Positions 1 through 8,841 of a stretch of 54,466 nt of DNA are shown here, piece after piece. A program made the translations under genes and the position numbers. The notes beneath the pieces were generated by a model. The model was not told where the DNA came from. It made no database searches and saw only the letters and a program-made list of their open reading frames with translations. Within the stretch, counting starts at the first letter, position 1; every line of letters starts with the position of its first letter. Origin of the DNA: Candidatus Methylomirabilia bacterium (GTDB lineage Bacteria; Methylomirabilota; Methylomirabilia; Rokubacteriales; CSP1-6); NCBI GenBank assembly GCA_041497895.1, contig JBGQHJ010000014.1, positions 1 through 54,466 on the forward strand, written 5' to 3'.

Positions 1-170
1 ACCCCGCCCGCGTAGAGCAGGAGCTGGATGGCGGCGAGGAACTCCGCGTCGAGGGACAGGAACACCCCGGCGGTCGCGGTGAGGGCCAGCGCCAGGTAGA
101 GCACCGAGTGGAAGAGGTTTCGGGTCAGCACCACCGCGAGCACCCAGAAGGCGATCGGCTCGAGGCTCAC
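1..170 (-). CDS. nuoJ: NADH-quinone oxidoreductase subunit J (5' part; runs off the window)
   Basis: Manual translation from GTG at 170 gives MSLEPIAFWVLAVVLTRNLFHSVLYLALALTATAGVFLSLDAEFLAAIQLLLYAGG, containing the NuoJ AEFLA..Q...YAGG motif. GTGA overlap with the nuoI stop. Confidence 0.9.
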   Translation of the reverse strand, partial: MSLEPIAFWVLAVVLTRNLFHSVLYLALALTATAGVFLSLDAEFLAAIQLLLYAGG

Positions 171-706
171 TCGGGGGCGCCTCCCGTCTTGGCGGCCTTG
201 GGCGGCGTCTGCATGTCGCGCAGCAGGTTGCCGGTCGCCCACGACGGCTGGAACTTGAGCCCGATCTGGTGGAGGCGGTCCTTGTCGAGCAGCAGCTCGC
301 GCCGGTCCGCGGTCGACATGTCGAACGATTTCATCATGATGATGGCGTCGGTCGGGCAGACCTGCACGCACAGCTCGCAGAACTCGCAGGCGTAGAGCTC
401 GAGGGTGAAGGTCTTGGCGAAGTTGCGGCCTGGAGCCTTGAGCATCTCCACCTTGATGACCTGGGGCGGGCAGATGTACTCGCAGAGCCGGCAGCCGATG
501 CAGTTCTCCTCGCCGGTCTCCTTGTCGTAGGTGAGCGCGAGCAGGCCCCGGTAGCGGTCCGGGTAGGCCCGGGGCCGATCCGGGTAGTGCACGGTGATCG
601 GCCGCCGGATCAGGTTGATCAGGGTCACCTTCATCGTGCGGCCCACCGACAGGACCAGCTCGTAGAGGTCCCGCCAGAAGCTCTCGCCGAGCGGTGGTCT
701 AGCCAT
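167..706 (-). CDS. nuoI: NADH-quinone oxidoreductase subunit I
   Basis: Two CxxCxxCxxxCP motifs (CIGCRLCEYICP, CEFCELCVQVCP) and TVHYP..RYRG. Lies between nuoH and nuoJ. Confidence 0.95.
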   Translation of the reverse strand: MARPPLGESFWRDLYELVLSVGRTMKVTLINLIRRPITVHYPDRPRAYPDRYRGLLALTYDKETGEENCIGCRLCEYICPPQVIKVEMLKAPGRNFAKTFTLELYACEFCELCVQVCPTDAIIMMKSFDMSTADRRELLLDKDRLHQIGLKFQPSWATGNLLRDMQTPPKAAKTGGAPE

Positions 707-1709
707 TGCCGGTGCTCCGCAGGGCCACCACCATGGCCGTCGCCATCAGGAGCACCAGGCTCGCGGGCAGGAGCACCTTCCAGGAGATGGCCAGGATCTG
801 GTCCACCCGGATGCGCACGAAACTCCAGCGGATCCAGGTCACGAGGAGGAAGACGAACATGGCCTTGAGCAGGAACCACGTCGCGCCCCACCAGGGCGAG
901 GTGTCCGACCACGGCCCGGACCAGGCGCCGAGGAACAGGAGCGCGCCCAGGAACGAGGTCCCGATCATGTGCGCGTACTCGCCGAGCTGGATCAGCGCGA
1001 ACTTCATGCCCGAGTACTCGACGCGGAACCCGGCGATCAGCTCGGACTCGGCCTCCAGGATGTCGAACGGCACCCGGTTCTCGGCGGCCAGGGTCGCCAC
1101 GATGTAGGCGAGGAACGCGAGGGTACCGAGCGGGAACCAGAACACGTAGGGCATCGTGGCCTGGGCCGCCGCGATGTCGGAGAGCCGGAGCGAGCCCGCG
1201 AGCACCACCGGGATGAGGGCCACGAAGATGAACGGCAGGTCGTACGAGATGATCTGGTTCACCGCCCGCATCGCGGAGATCAGGGCGTACTTGTTGTTCG
1301 AGCCCCAGCCGCCCATGAAGAGGCCGACGATCTCCATCGCGGAGACCGCGAGGAAGAAGAGGATGCCGATGTTGAGGTCGGCGATCCCGAGCCCGGGCGC
1401 GAACGGCAGGGTGGCGAAGATGAGCATGCAGGGCACGAGGAAGACGATCGGGGCCAGGTTGTAGACCCGTCGATCGGCCTGCCGCGGGACCACGTCCTCC
1501 TTCATCATGAGCTTGAGCGCGTCCGCGATCGGCTGGAGCAGGCCGTGGGGCCCGACCCGGTAGGGCCCGATGCGGGACTGCATCCGCGCCGCGAACTTGC
1601 GCTCGAGCAGGGTGACGTAGGTCACCATGCCGATGATGACGTTGAGCACGATGAAGCCCACGATGAAGGCGTGGATCGCCTCCGTGGCGAGCGGGGGCAG
1701 GGCCGGCAT
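699..1709 (-). CDS. nuoH: NADH-quinone oxidoreductase subunit H
   Basis: ERK..ARMQSRIGP, GLLQPIADALKL..KE, NRVPFDILEAESELIAGF.VEYSG; multiple TM helices. Confidence 0.97.
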   Translation of the reverse strand: MPALPPLATEAIHAFIVGFIVLNVIIGMVTYVTLLERKFAARMQSRIGPYRVGPHGLLQPIADALKLMMKEDVVPRQADRRVYNLAPIVFLVPCMLIFATLPFAPGLGIADLNIGILFFLAVSAMEIVGLFMGGWGSNNKYALISAMRAVNQIISYDLPFIFVALIPVVLAGSLRLSDIAAAQATMPYVFWFPLGTLAFLAYIVATLAAENRVPFDILEAESELIAGFRVEYSGMKFALIQLGEYAHMIGTSFLGALLFLGAWSGPWSDTSPWWGATWFLLKAMFVFLLVTWIRWSFVRIRVDQILAISWKVLLPASLVLLMATAMVVALRSTGNG

Positions 1710-1710
1710 G

Positions 1711-2871
1711 CTAGCGATCCACCTCGCCGAAGACCGGGTCGACCGAGCCCATGATCGCGACCACGTCGGCCACCTTGGTGCCGATCAGGATGTGCGGCAG
1801 CACCGAGAGGTTGGAGAAGGACGCGCCCCGCCACTTCATGCGGTAGGGCTTGGCCCCGCCGTCGGAGATCAGGTAGCACCCCACCTCGCCGCGCGGGCCC
1901 TCGACCCGGGCGTAGCCTTCGCCCTTGGCCACCCGCACCTGGCCCACCGACTTCACCCCGGGACGAGAGGAGATCGGCCCCTCCGGCAGCCCGTCCAGCG
2001 CCTGGCGCACGATGTTGATCGACTCGCGGAACTCCACCATCCGCACCCGGTAGCGGGCGTAGCAGTCGCCCGCCGTCTCTACCGGCACCTTGAAGTCGAA
2101 GTCCTCGTAGGAGGAGTAGGGCTCGAGCCGCCGGATGTCGTAGCTCACCCCCGAGCCGCGGATGAGCGGGCCGGAGAGGCCGATCGTCTGGGCCAGCTCC
2201 CGCGAGATGGTGCCCACCCCCTGGGTGCGCGCCTGGAAGAAGGCGTTCCGCTCCAGCATGTCCTCGTACTCGACGAGCCGCCGCTCGACGAGGGCGATGG
2301 TCTCGCGGCACTTCTGGGCCCAGCCCGCCGGGATGTCGTAGCGGACGCCGCCCACCTGGTGGAAGCCGTAGAGCAGCCGCGCGCCCACGAGGGCCTCGAA
2401 CAGGTCGAGCACCCACTCGCGCTCCCGGATGCAGTAGAGGAACACGGTGGCGCCGCCTCCGAGCGCGCCGCCCATGTCGAGGCACCAGGTGCCGAGCCAC
2501 AGGCAGTGCGAGGCGACGCGCTGCAGCTCGCTCATGATGACCCGGAGATACTGCGCCCGCTTGGGCACCTCGATCTTGCCGATCGTCTCGGCCGCGCGCA
2601 CGTAGGCGAGCTCGCTGCACATCGCGGCCACGTAGTCGGTCTTGGACGCGATCGACGGGTACTGGGTATAGGTGAGGGACTCCCCGAGCTTCTCGTGGCA
2701 GCGGTGCAGGTAACCGATGACCGCGTCCACGCCCACCACCGTCTCGCCCTCGAGGCTCAGGATCGCGCGGAAGACGCCGTGGGCGGACGGGTGCTGCGGC
2801 CCCATGTTCATGGTGAGGCGCTCGCTGCCCCCGTAGCCCAGCTCGATGACTTTTCGCGCTTCGGGATCCAT
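1711..2871 (-). CDS. nuoD: NADH-quinone oxidoreductase subunit D
   Basis: NMGPQHPSAHGV, GYLHRCHEK, EGPRGE, C-terminal DPVFGEVDR. Start re-assigned to ATG 2871 because the longer ORF overlaps the NIPSNAP gene. Confidence 0.95.
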   Translation of the reverse strand: MDPEARKVIELGYGGSERLTMNMGPQHPSAHGVFRAILSLEGETVVGVDAVIGYLHRCHEKLGESLTYTQYPSIASKTDYVAAMCSELAYVRAAETIGKIEVPKRAQYLRVIMSELQRVASHCLWLGTWCLDMGGALGGGATVFLYCIREREWVLDLFEALVGARLLYGFHQVGGVRYDIPAGWAQKCRETIALVERRLVEYEDMLERNAFFQARTQGVGTISRELAQTIGLSGPLIRGSGVSYDIRRLEPYSSYEDFDFKVPVETAGDCYARYRVRMVEFRESINIVRQALDGLPEGPISSRPGVKSVGQVRVAKGEGYARVEGPRGEVGCYLISDGGAKPYRMKWRGASFSNLSVLPHILIGTKVADVVAIMGSVDPVFGEVDR

Positions 2872-2879
2872 GGAGGCGA

Positions 2880-3515
2880 CTAGCGCATGGGCGAGAACGC
2901 GGCGGGATTCAGGACGATGGCCTGCATGTTGGCGAGGAGGGGGAGGGCCTTGGCGAGGAAGGCCTGCCACTCCGGCTCCTGGGCCATCTTGGCGCGGGCC
3001 GCCGCGCGATCGTTCAGGTCGCGGTAGACCCACATGTGCACGACCTCGTTGAGCTGGGCGACTTCCGTCTGCCAGAGCCCCACCCGGCGCGTGAACTTGT
3101 CGCGGAAGGGCACGATGTCCTTGAAGAGGCCGAGCCACTCCCCCGAGCGCCCGACGTGCGCTCGGTACCAGCGCAGCTCGTAGACGTTGCCGGTGGCGGT
3201 CGGCGGGGTCATCGGCACCACCGCGGAGAGGAGCTTGTTCTCCTGGGCCAGCATCATGGAACGGATCCTGGGGATGTACTCCTTGGTCCACGCCTCGTCC
3301 CGGCCGAGCGCAGCCCGCAGGCGCTCGCGCTCGCCGAGATCGGCGTAGCTCCACAGGTGCACGAGCTGGTTCAGGGTGCCGAACTCGGTGGACCAGTAGC
3401 CCTCGAGCTTCCCGTACCTGTCGCCGCGGATCTTGCGGCCGATCTCCCCGTTGAGCTTGAGGTACTCGCCCTGCTTGCCCGGCATCAGCGTATACGTGCG
3501 CAGCTCGTAGATCAT
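2880..3515 (-). CDS. NIPSNAP family protein (two tandem NIPSNAP domains)
   Basis: Repeated unit IYELRTY...G.LNQLVHLWSY.DL.ER and VYELRWY...QLNEVVHMWVY.DLNDR; ends in the typical L.PAAFSPMR. Confidence 0.9.
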   Translation of the reverse strand: MIYELRTYTLMPGKQGEYLKLNGEIGRKIRGDRYGKLEGYWSTEFGTLNQLVHLWSYADLGERERLRAALGRDEAWTKEYIPRIRSMMLAQENKLLSAVVPMTPPTATGNVYELRWYRAHVGRSGEWLGLFKDIVPFRDKFTRRVGLWQTEVAQLNEVVHMWVYRDLNDRAAARAKMAQEPEWQAFLAKALPLLANMQAIVLNPAAFSPMR

Positions 3516-3528
3516 GCTCTGGCTCCGG

Positions 3529-3981
3529 TCAGCGGTAGGGTGGGTGAGGGGTGTCCACCGCGTAGGACTTGAGGAGCGGGTGCCCCTCCCAGTCCTGGGG
3601 CAGCAGGATGCGGCGCAGGTCGGGATGGCCCTCGAAGCGGATCCCGAACATGTCGAAGCACTCGCGCTCCATCCAGTCGGCGCCGGGGTACAGGGACACG
3701 AGCGACGCGCACGTCGACTGGCCCGCGCCCAGTCGGGTCTTCAGCATGAGGGCCAGGCCGACCTCGAGGTTCTCGACGCGGGTCACCACCTCGAGCCCCT
3801 GGTCCTTCCAGTCCACCGCGCTCAGGAAGTTGAAGTAGAGGCAGCCGAGCGGGGCCTTGGCGAAGGAGGCCAGCTCGCGCCACCGGTCGGGCGGGACCGT
3901 CACGGTGAGGAGGCTCCCCTCGCCTTCGGCGGCCACGCCGAAGCGCTCCTGGATGCGAGCCCGCACCTGCTCGTGGGTCAC
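3529..3981 (-). CDS. nuoC: NADH-quinone oxidoreductase subunit C
   Basis: [39 protein letters not shown] signature. Confidence 0.96.
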   Translation of the reverse strand: MTHEQVRARIQERFGVAAEGEGSLLTVTVPPDRWRELASFAKAPLGCLYFNFLSAVDWKDQGLEVVTRVENLEVGLALMLKTRLGAGQSTCASLVSLYPGADWMERECFDMFGIRFEGHPDLRRILLPQDWEGHPLLKSYAVDTPHPPYR

Positions 3982-3985
3982 GCGG

Positions 3986-4624
3986 TCAGTCGACTTTGGC
4001 GGTGGGGGCGGCGCGTTTGCCGGTCTGGCGGAAGTGCGCGATCTGCTCCTGCAGCAGGAGCAGCCCGTTCAGCAGCGACTCGGGCGGCGGCGGGCAGCCC
4101 GGCACGTACACGTCGACCGGGATCACCCGGTCCACGCCCTTGACCACGTGGTAGCCGTGGCGGAACGGGCCGCCCGAGTTGGCGCAGGAGCCCATCGAGA
4201 CCGCCCACTTGGGGTCGGGCATCTGGTCGTAGATCCGCTTGAGCATCGGCGCCATCTTGATCGTGACGGTGCCCGAGACGATCATGAGATCGGAGTGGCG
4301 CGGGGAAGCCCACGGCACCATGCCGAGGCGCTCCACGTCGAAGCGCGACGCGAAGGTCGCCATCATCTCGATCGCGCAGCAGGCCAGCCCGAAGGTCACC
4401 GGCCACACCGAGGACTTGCGCGCCCAGTTGAGCACCGCGTCGGCGACGCCGGTCGCGACGAAGCCACCCGGGAAGTTGAACACGCCCTCGGTGACGCTCT
4501 CGAAGAGCGCGGAGTGCTTGTCGCCCTCCGGCCGCTCCTGGTGATACTTCTCCCACTCCTGCAGGTCCTTGAATTCCGTCCAGACCGGGGCCGGAATCTG
4601 CGGGATCGGCGCCTTTATTTCCAT
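3986..4624 (-). CDS. nuoB: NADH-quinone oxidoreductase subunit B
   Basis: [34 protein letters not shown] (N2 cluster ligands). Confidence 0.97.
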   Translation of the reverse strand: MEIKAPIPQIPAPVWTEFKDLQEWEKYHQERPEGDKHSALFESVTEGVFNFPGGFVATGVADAVLNWARKSSVWPVTFGLACCAIEMMATFASRFDVERLGMVPWASPRHSDLMIVSGTVTIKMAPMLKRIYDQMPDPKWAVSMGSCANSGGPFRHGYHVVKGVDRVIPVDVYVPGCPPPPESLLNGLLLLQEQIAHFRQTGKRAAPTAKVD

Positions 4625-4968
4625 TCGAGTATCCCCTCCTTATAGGCATACACCCAGCCGAGCGAGAGGATGCCCAGGAAGAGACCCATCGTCGCCATCG
4701 CCCACAGCCCGAAGCTCCGGAGCACCAGCGCCCAGGGGAAGAGGAAGACGGCGAGGGCGTCGAACACGATGAAGATGAGCGCCACGAGGTAGAAGCCCAC
4801 CGGGAACTGCACCCACGCCTCGCCGATGGGCTCGGCCCCGCACTCGTAGTTCTCGAGCTTGGAGAAGTAGGGACGGGCGGGGCGCAGAACGAAGGCCGCG
4901 CCCAGCGACACCAGCGCGAAGGCCACGATCAGGGCCAGATAGATGATGACCGGCAGATACCCCGCCAC
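4615..4968 (-). CDS. nuoA: NADH-quinone oxidoreductase subunit A
   Basis: [26 protein letters not shown] start at 4968 with a GGAGG SD at 4976-4980. Confidence 0.95.
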   Translation of the reverse strand: MAGYLPVIIYLALIVAFALVSLGAAFVLRPARPYFSKLENYECGAEPIGEAWVQFPVGFYLVALIFIVFDALAVFLFPWALVLRSFGLWAMATMGLFLGILSLGWVYAYKEGILEWK

Positions 4969-5005
4969 AGGTAAACCTCCCCCCGAGTGACTCCAAACCC
5001 CGCGG

Positions 5006-5014
5006 AGTATAACA
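5006..5014 (-). promoter_or_regulatory. putative extended -10 promoter (TGtTATACT) of the nuo operon
   Basis: Minus strand reads TGTTATACT about 40 nt upstream of nuoA, in an otherwise GC-rich context. Confidence 0.6.
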
Positions 5015-5153
5015 CAGGAGGCCCTCCGGTCCGACCACCGAGGCGCTCGCCACGTGTATGGCGGCACCCCAGCTGTCCGGCTTTCCTTCAAACCGTCAGC
5101 GCCCTTACGCAAAATTGACACTTGAAGCCCGGCAACTCGTGATTTTTCCTACC

Positions 5154-5166
5154 CAACCTGTTGATT
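5154..5166 (-). promoter_or_regulatory. putative IHF site
   Basis: Minus strand AATCAACAGGTTG matches WATCAANNNNTTR; about 30 nt upstream of a sigma54 motif. Confidence 0.55.
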
Positions 5167-5193
5167 CGGCTGACGTCTCACCTATGCAATGAA

Positions 5194-5208
5194 TGGCATT
5201 TCAGTTGC
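5194..5208 (+). promoter_or_regulatory. sigma54 (-24/-12) promoter
   Basis: TGGCAT-TTCAG-TTGC (GG-N10-GC), about 60 nt upstream of the GGDEF-EAL start. Confidence 0.7.
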
Positions 5209-5269
5209 TTCCCCATAGCCCGCTGACCGAATAGCGTCACCCACGCCCGACCGACACGATGGGAGAACA

Positions 5270-7027
5270 GTGAGCAGCGACGATCTGAATCGGGAAATCG
5301 CCTTCGCCGGCCAGCGGGTCAAGCAGAAGGTCATCTTCGCGCTCACCCTGGCCTCGGTCATCCCGCTCCTCATCCTGACCTACGCCTTCCAGGCTCCCGT
5401 CCGGCAGCTACTGGGGCCGATCGGGCAGTACACCGAAGCCTTCACCATGCCGGCGCTGCTCATCTTCACGGGCCTGCTCATGGCCGGCGGCGGCTTCGTG
5501 GTATGGGATGTGGCCTCGGCGATCTCGCGAGCCGCCCAGCTCGCGACCGCGACCAAGGCCTCCGAGATCCCCGCGGTGCCGAACCGCAAGGATGAGATCG
5601 GCACGCTCATGAGCTCGTTCGCGAAGATGCTCGCCACCATCGAGCAGCAGACCGACGAGATCAACCAGTTCCCGCGCCGGCTCGACCAGCTCGCCCGCCA
5701 GGCCTTCCGTGACCCGCTCACCAGCCTGCCCAACCGGGCCCTGTTCATGGACCGCCTGCAGCACGCGCTCACCCGCACCGAGCGGCGGGGCGAGCAGCTC
5801 GCGGTGCTCTTCCTCGACCTCGACCGGTTCAAGGTCGTCAACGACAGCATGGGCCACGGCGTCGGCGACCAGCTCCTGATCGGAGTGAGCCAGCGCCTCT
5901 CGGCCTGTCTCCGGCCCGAGGACACGATCGCGCGACTGGGCGGCGACGAGTTCGCGATCCTGCTCGAGGACGTGAAGGACGACAAGGGCCCCACCTCGGT
6001 GGCCGACCGCCTCACCGCGGAGCTGCAGCAGCCGTTCATGGTCGAGGGGCGCGAGGTCGTGATCACGGTGAGCATCGGCATCGCGATGAGCACCGCGCGG
6101 CGCACGACCCCCGAGGACATCCTGCGCGACGCCGACCTGGCCATGTATCACGCCAAGGGCAAGGGCAAGGCCCGCTACGAGATCTTCGACAAGAGCATGA
6201 ACGCGCCCGCCCAGGAGCGCATGGACCTCGAGCTCGACCTGCGGAACGCGGTGGCGCGGGGGGAGTTCGTGCTGCACTACCAGCCGGTGGTCGACCTGCC
6301 CACCGGCCGTATCAGCGAGGTGGAGGCGCTGGTCCGGTGGAAGCATCCGCAGCGCGGGCTGCTCTTCCCCGCCGACTTCATCGGCCTCTCCGAGGAAACC
6401 GGGCTGATCGTGGCGCTCGGGCGCTGGGTGCTCCACGAAGCGTGTCGCCAGACGCGCCAGTGGCAGCTCGCCTCGCCGGACACCAAGCTCGCGATCAGCG
6501 TGAACCTCTCGGCCCGCCAGCTCCAGCAGCCCGGTCTGGTGGAGGAGATCGCCGCGGTCCTGCGGGAGACGCGCCTCGACCCGGCCTCGCTGCGCCTCGA
6601 GATCACCGAGACCGTCGTCATGCACGACGCGCCGACCACGCTCGCCAAGCTCGAGGCGCTCAAGGCCCTCGGCGTCCAGCTCGCCATCGACGACTTCGGG
6701 ACCGGCTACTCCTCGCTCGGCTACCTCAAGCGCTTCCCGGTCGACACCCTCAAGATCGACCGCTCGTTCGTGAAGGGCATCGGCGGCGACGTGGAGGACA
6801 GCGCGATCGTGCGGGCGGTCATCACGGTGGCCAAGAGCTTGAACCTCTCGGTCACCGCCGAGGGGATCGAGACCGCCGAGCAGCTGGAGCATCTCCGCGC
6901 ACTCGGCTGCGACCACGGCCAGGGTTACTTCTTCGCCAAGCCCATGGCCAGCGATCGCGTCCCCGCGCTGCTGCTGGCCACCTCACCCTGGGGCACCGCC
7001 ACCGCCACGAACGGCCACGCCAGCTAG
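5270..7027 (+). CDS. membrane-anchored diguanylate cyclase/phosphodiesterase (2TM-HAMP-like-GGDEF-EAL)
   Basis: Two N-terminal hydrophobic helices; DEIG.L...F..M HAMP-like segment; RPED I-site plus RLGGDEF; EALVRW; DDFGTGYSS; LKIDRSF; AEGIET. Confidence 0.95.
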   Translation: MSSDDLNREIAFAGQRVKQKVIFALTLASVIPLLILTYAFQAPVRQLLGPIGQYTEAFTMPALLIFTGLLMAGGGFVVWDVASAISRAAQLATATKASEIPAVPNRKDEIGTLMSSFAKMLATIEQQTDEINQFPRRLDQLARQAFRDPLTSLPNRALFMDRLQHALTRTERRGEQLAVLFLDLDRFKVVNDSMGHGVGDQLLIGVSQRLSACLRPEDTIARLGGDEFAILLEDVKDDKGPTSVADRLTAELQQPFMVEGREVVITVSIGIAMSTARRTTPEDILRDADLAMYHAKGKGKARYEIFDKSMNAPAQERMDLELDLRNAVARGEFVLHYQPVVDLPTGRISEVEALVRWKHPQRGLLFPADFIGLSEETGLIVALGRWVLHEACRQTRQWQLASPDTKLAISVNLSARQLQQPGLVEEIAAVLRETRLDPASLRLEITETVVMHDAPTTLAKLEALKALGVQLAIDDFGTGYSSLGYLKRFPVDTLKIDRSFVKGIGGDVEDSAIVRAVITVAKSLNLSVTAEGIETAEQLEHLRALGCDHGQGYFFAKPMASDRVPALLLATSPWGTATATNGHAS

Positions 7028-7040
7028 GACCACCAACCCA

Positions 7041-7089
7041 GGGGTCAGGTCTTGCATCCCGACAATGTCGGAATGTAAGACCTGACCCC
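7041..7089. repeat. 49-bp near-perfect palindrome (REP/MITE-like hairpin or bidirectional terminator)
   Basis: GGGGTCAGGTCTTGCATCCCGACA-A-TGTCGGAATGTAAGACCTGACCCC, between convergent genes. Confidence 0.75.
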
Positions 7090-7096
7090 GTTCGGT

Positions 7097-8278
7097 TTAC
7101 CGGGGGGCGATGCGGATGCCGGCGGGGCCTCCGTTGGTCTTGATGCGCTGACCGGTGTCGGTGAGCGTGCTCCCGTCCCACCGCAACACCTGGATATCCC
7201 GCTCCACCATGTTCTGCACCAGGATGGTCCGGCTGTCCGCCGAGAACGCGATGCCCTGCGACCACCGGCCGACCCACGCCGCGGCCAGCGGCACCAGCCG
7301 GGTTCCGTCGATCCGGTAGAGCAGCAGCTTGCCGTTGGCGTTGTGGAACGGCGACTCCTTGGGCTTGTTGCTCCCGTTCATCACCTGTACCGCGCAGAGC
7401 TTGCCGTCGGGCGAGAGCATGAGCCCCTCGGGAGTCTGGCCCACCGTCACCGTCTCGACCACCCGGATCGGCGTGGCGCGCAGGTCGATGACGCTCACGG
7501 TGTCGTTATCTCCCTGGCCCCGCCCGATATTGGCCACCACCGCCACCGAGCCGTCGGCGCTGACCTCGATGCCGTAGGGCCGAAGCCCCGCGCTCAGGTC
7601 ACGCTTGGTGTACTCGACCTTGGGCCCGTCGATGGCGAGGATCGAGACCATGCTGTCCCCGTCCCGCGTCACCAGCGCGGTCTTGCCGTCCGGGGTGAAG
7701 ACGGCGTGGCTCGGCCCCGACTTGTCGTCACCGAGCCGCACCACACCGGCCGGGGCGACGGTCTTGCCCTGGATCGTGAACACCGACACGGTGCCCCCGG
7801 AGCGATTCGCCACCAGTGCGAGCGTGCCCTGCCGGTTGACCGACACCCCGGAGGCGCCGGGGCCCGCCTGGAGCGTCGCGATCACCGCGGGCGGCGTCGC
7901 GCGAAGGTCCACCACCGAGACGCGGTTGTCGGGGATGGTCTTGGTCGCGTCGACCGGATCCACCTTCATCGAGGAGGTGATCAGCGCGAGACCCTGGTCG
8001 GGAGTGATCGCCACGCTCATCGGCGGGCCCACCACGCTGCCGGGCACCGGGAACTCGGCGACCACCTTTGGCGGGGTCACGCCGAGGTCGATGATGGTCG
8101 CGGTGTCGGGCGCCGGATTCGGCACGACCTTCACCACTCCGTTGTCGAGCAGGACCTTGTTGTCGTTCGACGAGACCGCCCACTGGGCCTGCGCGCCGGG
8201 CGGCAGGGTGAGCCCAGCGCCGAGCAGGAGGAGGAACGAGATCCGCACCGGGAGCTTCACGCCACCACGTCGTGCCAT
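7097..8278 (-). CDS. secreted YncE/YVTN-lactonase-type beta-propeller protein
   Basis: Signal peptide ending AQA; repeated P..VAITPDG..ALV...N.VSVIDL blades; GAGGAGG SD before ATG 8278. Confidence 0.85.
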   Translation of the reverse strand: MARRGGVKLPVRISFLLLLGAGLTLPPGAQAQWAVSSNDNKVLLDNGVVKVVPNPAPDTATIIDLGVTPPKVVAEFPVPGSVVGPPMSVAITPDQGLALITSSMKVDPVDATKTIPDNRVSVVDLRATPPAVIATLQAGPGASGVSVNRQGTLALVANRSGGTVSVFTIQGKTVAPAGVVRLGDDKSGPSHAVFTPDGKTALVTRDGDSMVSILAIDGPKVEYTKRDLSAGLRPYGIEVSADGSVAVVANIGRGQGDNDTVSVIDLRATPIRVVETVTVGQTPEGLMLSPDGKLCAVQVMNGSNKPKESPFHNANGKLLLYRIDGTRLVPLAAAWVGRWSQGIAFSADSRTILVQNMVERDIQVLRWDGSTLTDTGQRIKTNGGPAGIRIAPR

Positions 8279-8338
8279 GGGAGCCTCCTCACAGGGTTGG
8301 AAGATGGTGCCGGCCATGCTACGCGCGCGCCCACGCGC

Positions 8339-8836
8339 CTATCGCGTCGTCGGCCGGGCCGCGAGCCCCATCACGCGCCCCACCTGGGGCGGGCGCGGCA
8401 GCGACTCGTGCGCGGCGCGGATGCGGGCGAGCCGCTCCAGGATCTCGGGAGCCATGGGAGCGCCGCGGCGCGTCTGGTGGCTCACGTGCAGCGACATCAG
8501 CTCGTTGGTGGCGGCGAGGTAACCCGCGTCGCCGTGGTACATCTCGTGGATGTAGTGGATGCGCTTGGCGTCGAAATCGAGCAGCCGTGTGGTGAAGCGC
8601 AGCGGGTCCCGCTCGCGCACCTCCTGATGGTAAGTGACATGGGCCTCGAGGCAAAAGGTGGTGACCCCCCGCGCCCTCCGGTGCGCCCGGTCCAGGCCCA
8701 CGAACCGCATCCACTCGTCGGTGGCGAGATCGAACACCACCACGTAGTAGCCCATGTTCATGTGCCTGTTGTCGTCGATCCACTCCGGACGGACGACGTC
8801 GCGATACGCGTCGAAGGGCGCGGGAATGTCCCCCAT
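8339..8836 (-). CDS. acyl-CoA thioesterase (4HBT-like hot-dog fold)
   Basis: V.PEWIDDNRHMNMGYYVVVFD, LEAHVTYHQEV. Start re-assigned to ATG 8836. Confidence 0.85.
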   Translation of the reverse strand: MGDIPAPFDAYRDVVRPEWIDDNRHMNMGYYVVVFDLATDEWMRFVGLDRAHRRARGVTTFCLEAHVTYHQEVRERDPLRFTTRLLDFDAKRIHYIHEMYHGDAGYLAATNELMSLHVSHQTRRGAPMAPEILERLARIRAAHESLPRPPQVGRVMGLAARPTTR

Positions 8837-8841
8837 CCGGG

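Noticed and set aside
1711..2871. Group 4 [NiFe]-hydrogenase large subunit
   Set aside because: No N- or C-terminal CxxC Ni-binding motifs; it ends DPVFGEVDR like NuoD.
7041..7056. Similarity of the palindrome arm (GGGGTCAGGTCTTG) to the IS481 IR (GGGGTCAATCTTG), suggesting a MITE of this IS
   Set aside because: The spacing differs, the orientation relative to the ends is wrong, and there are no TG...CA termini or flanking duplication.
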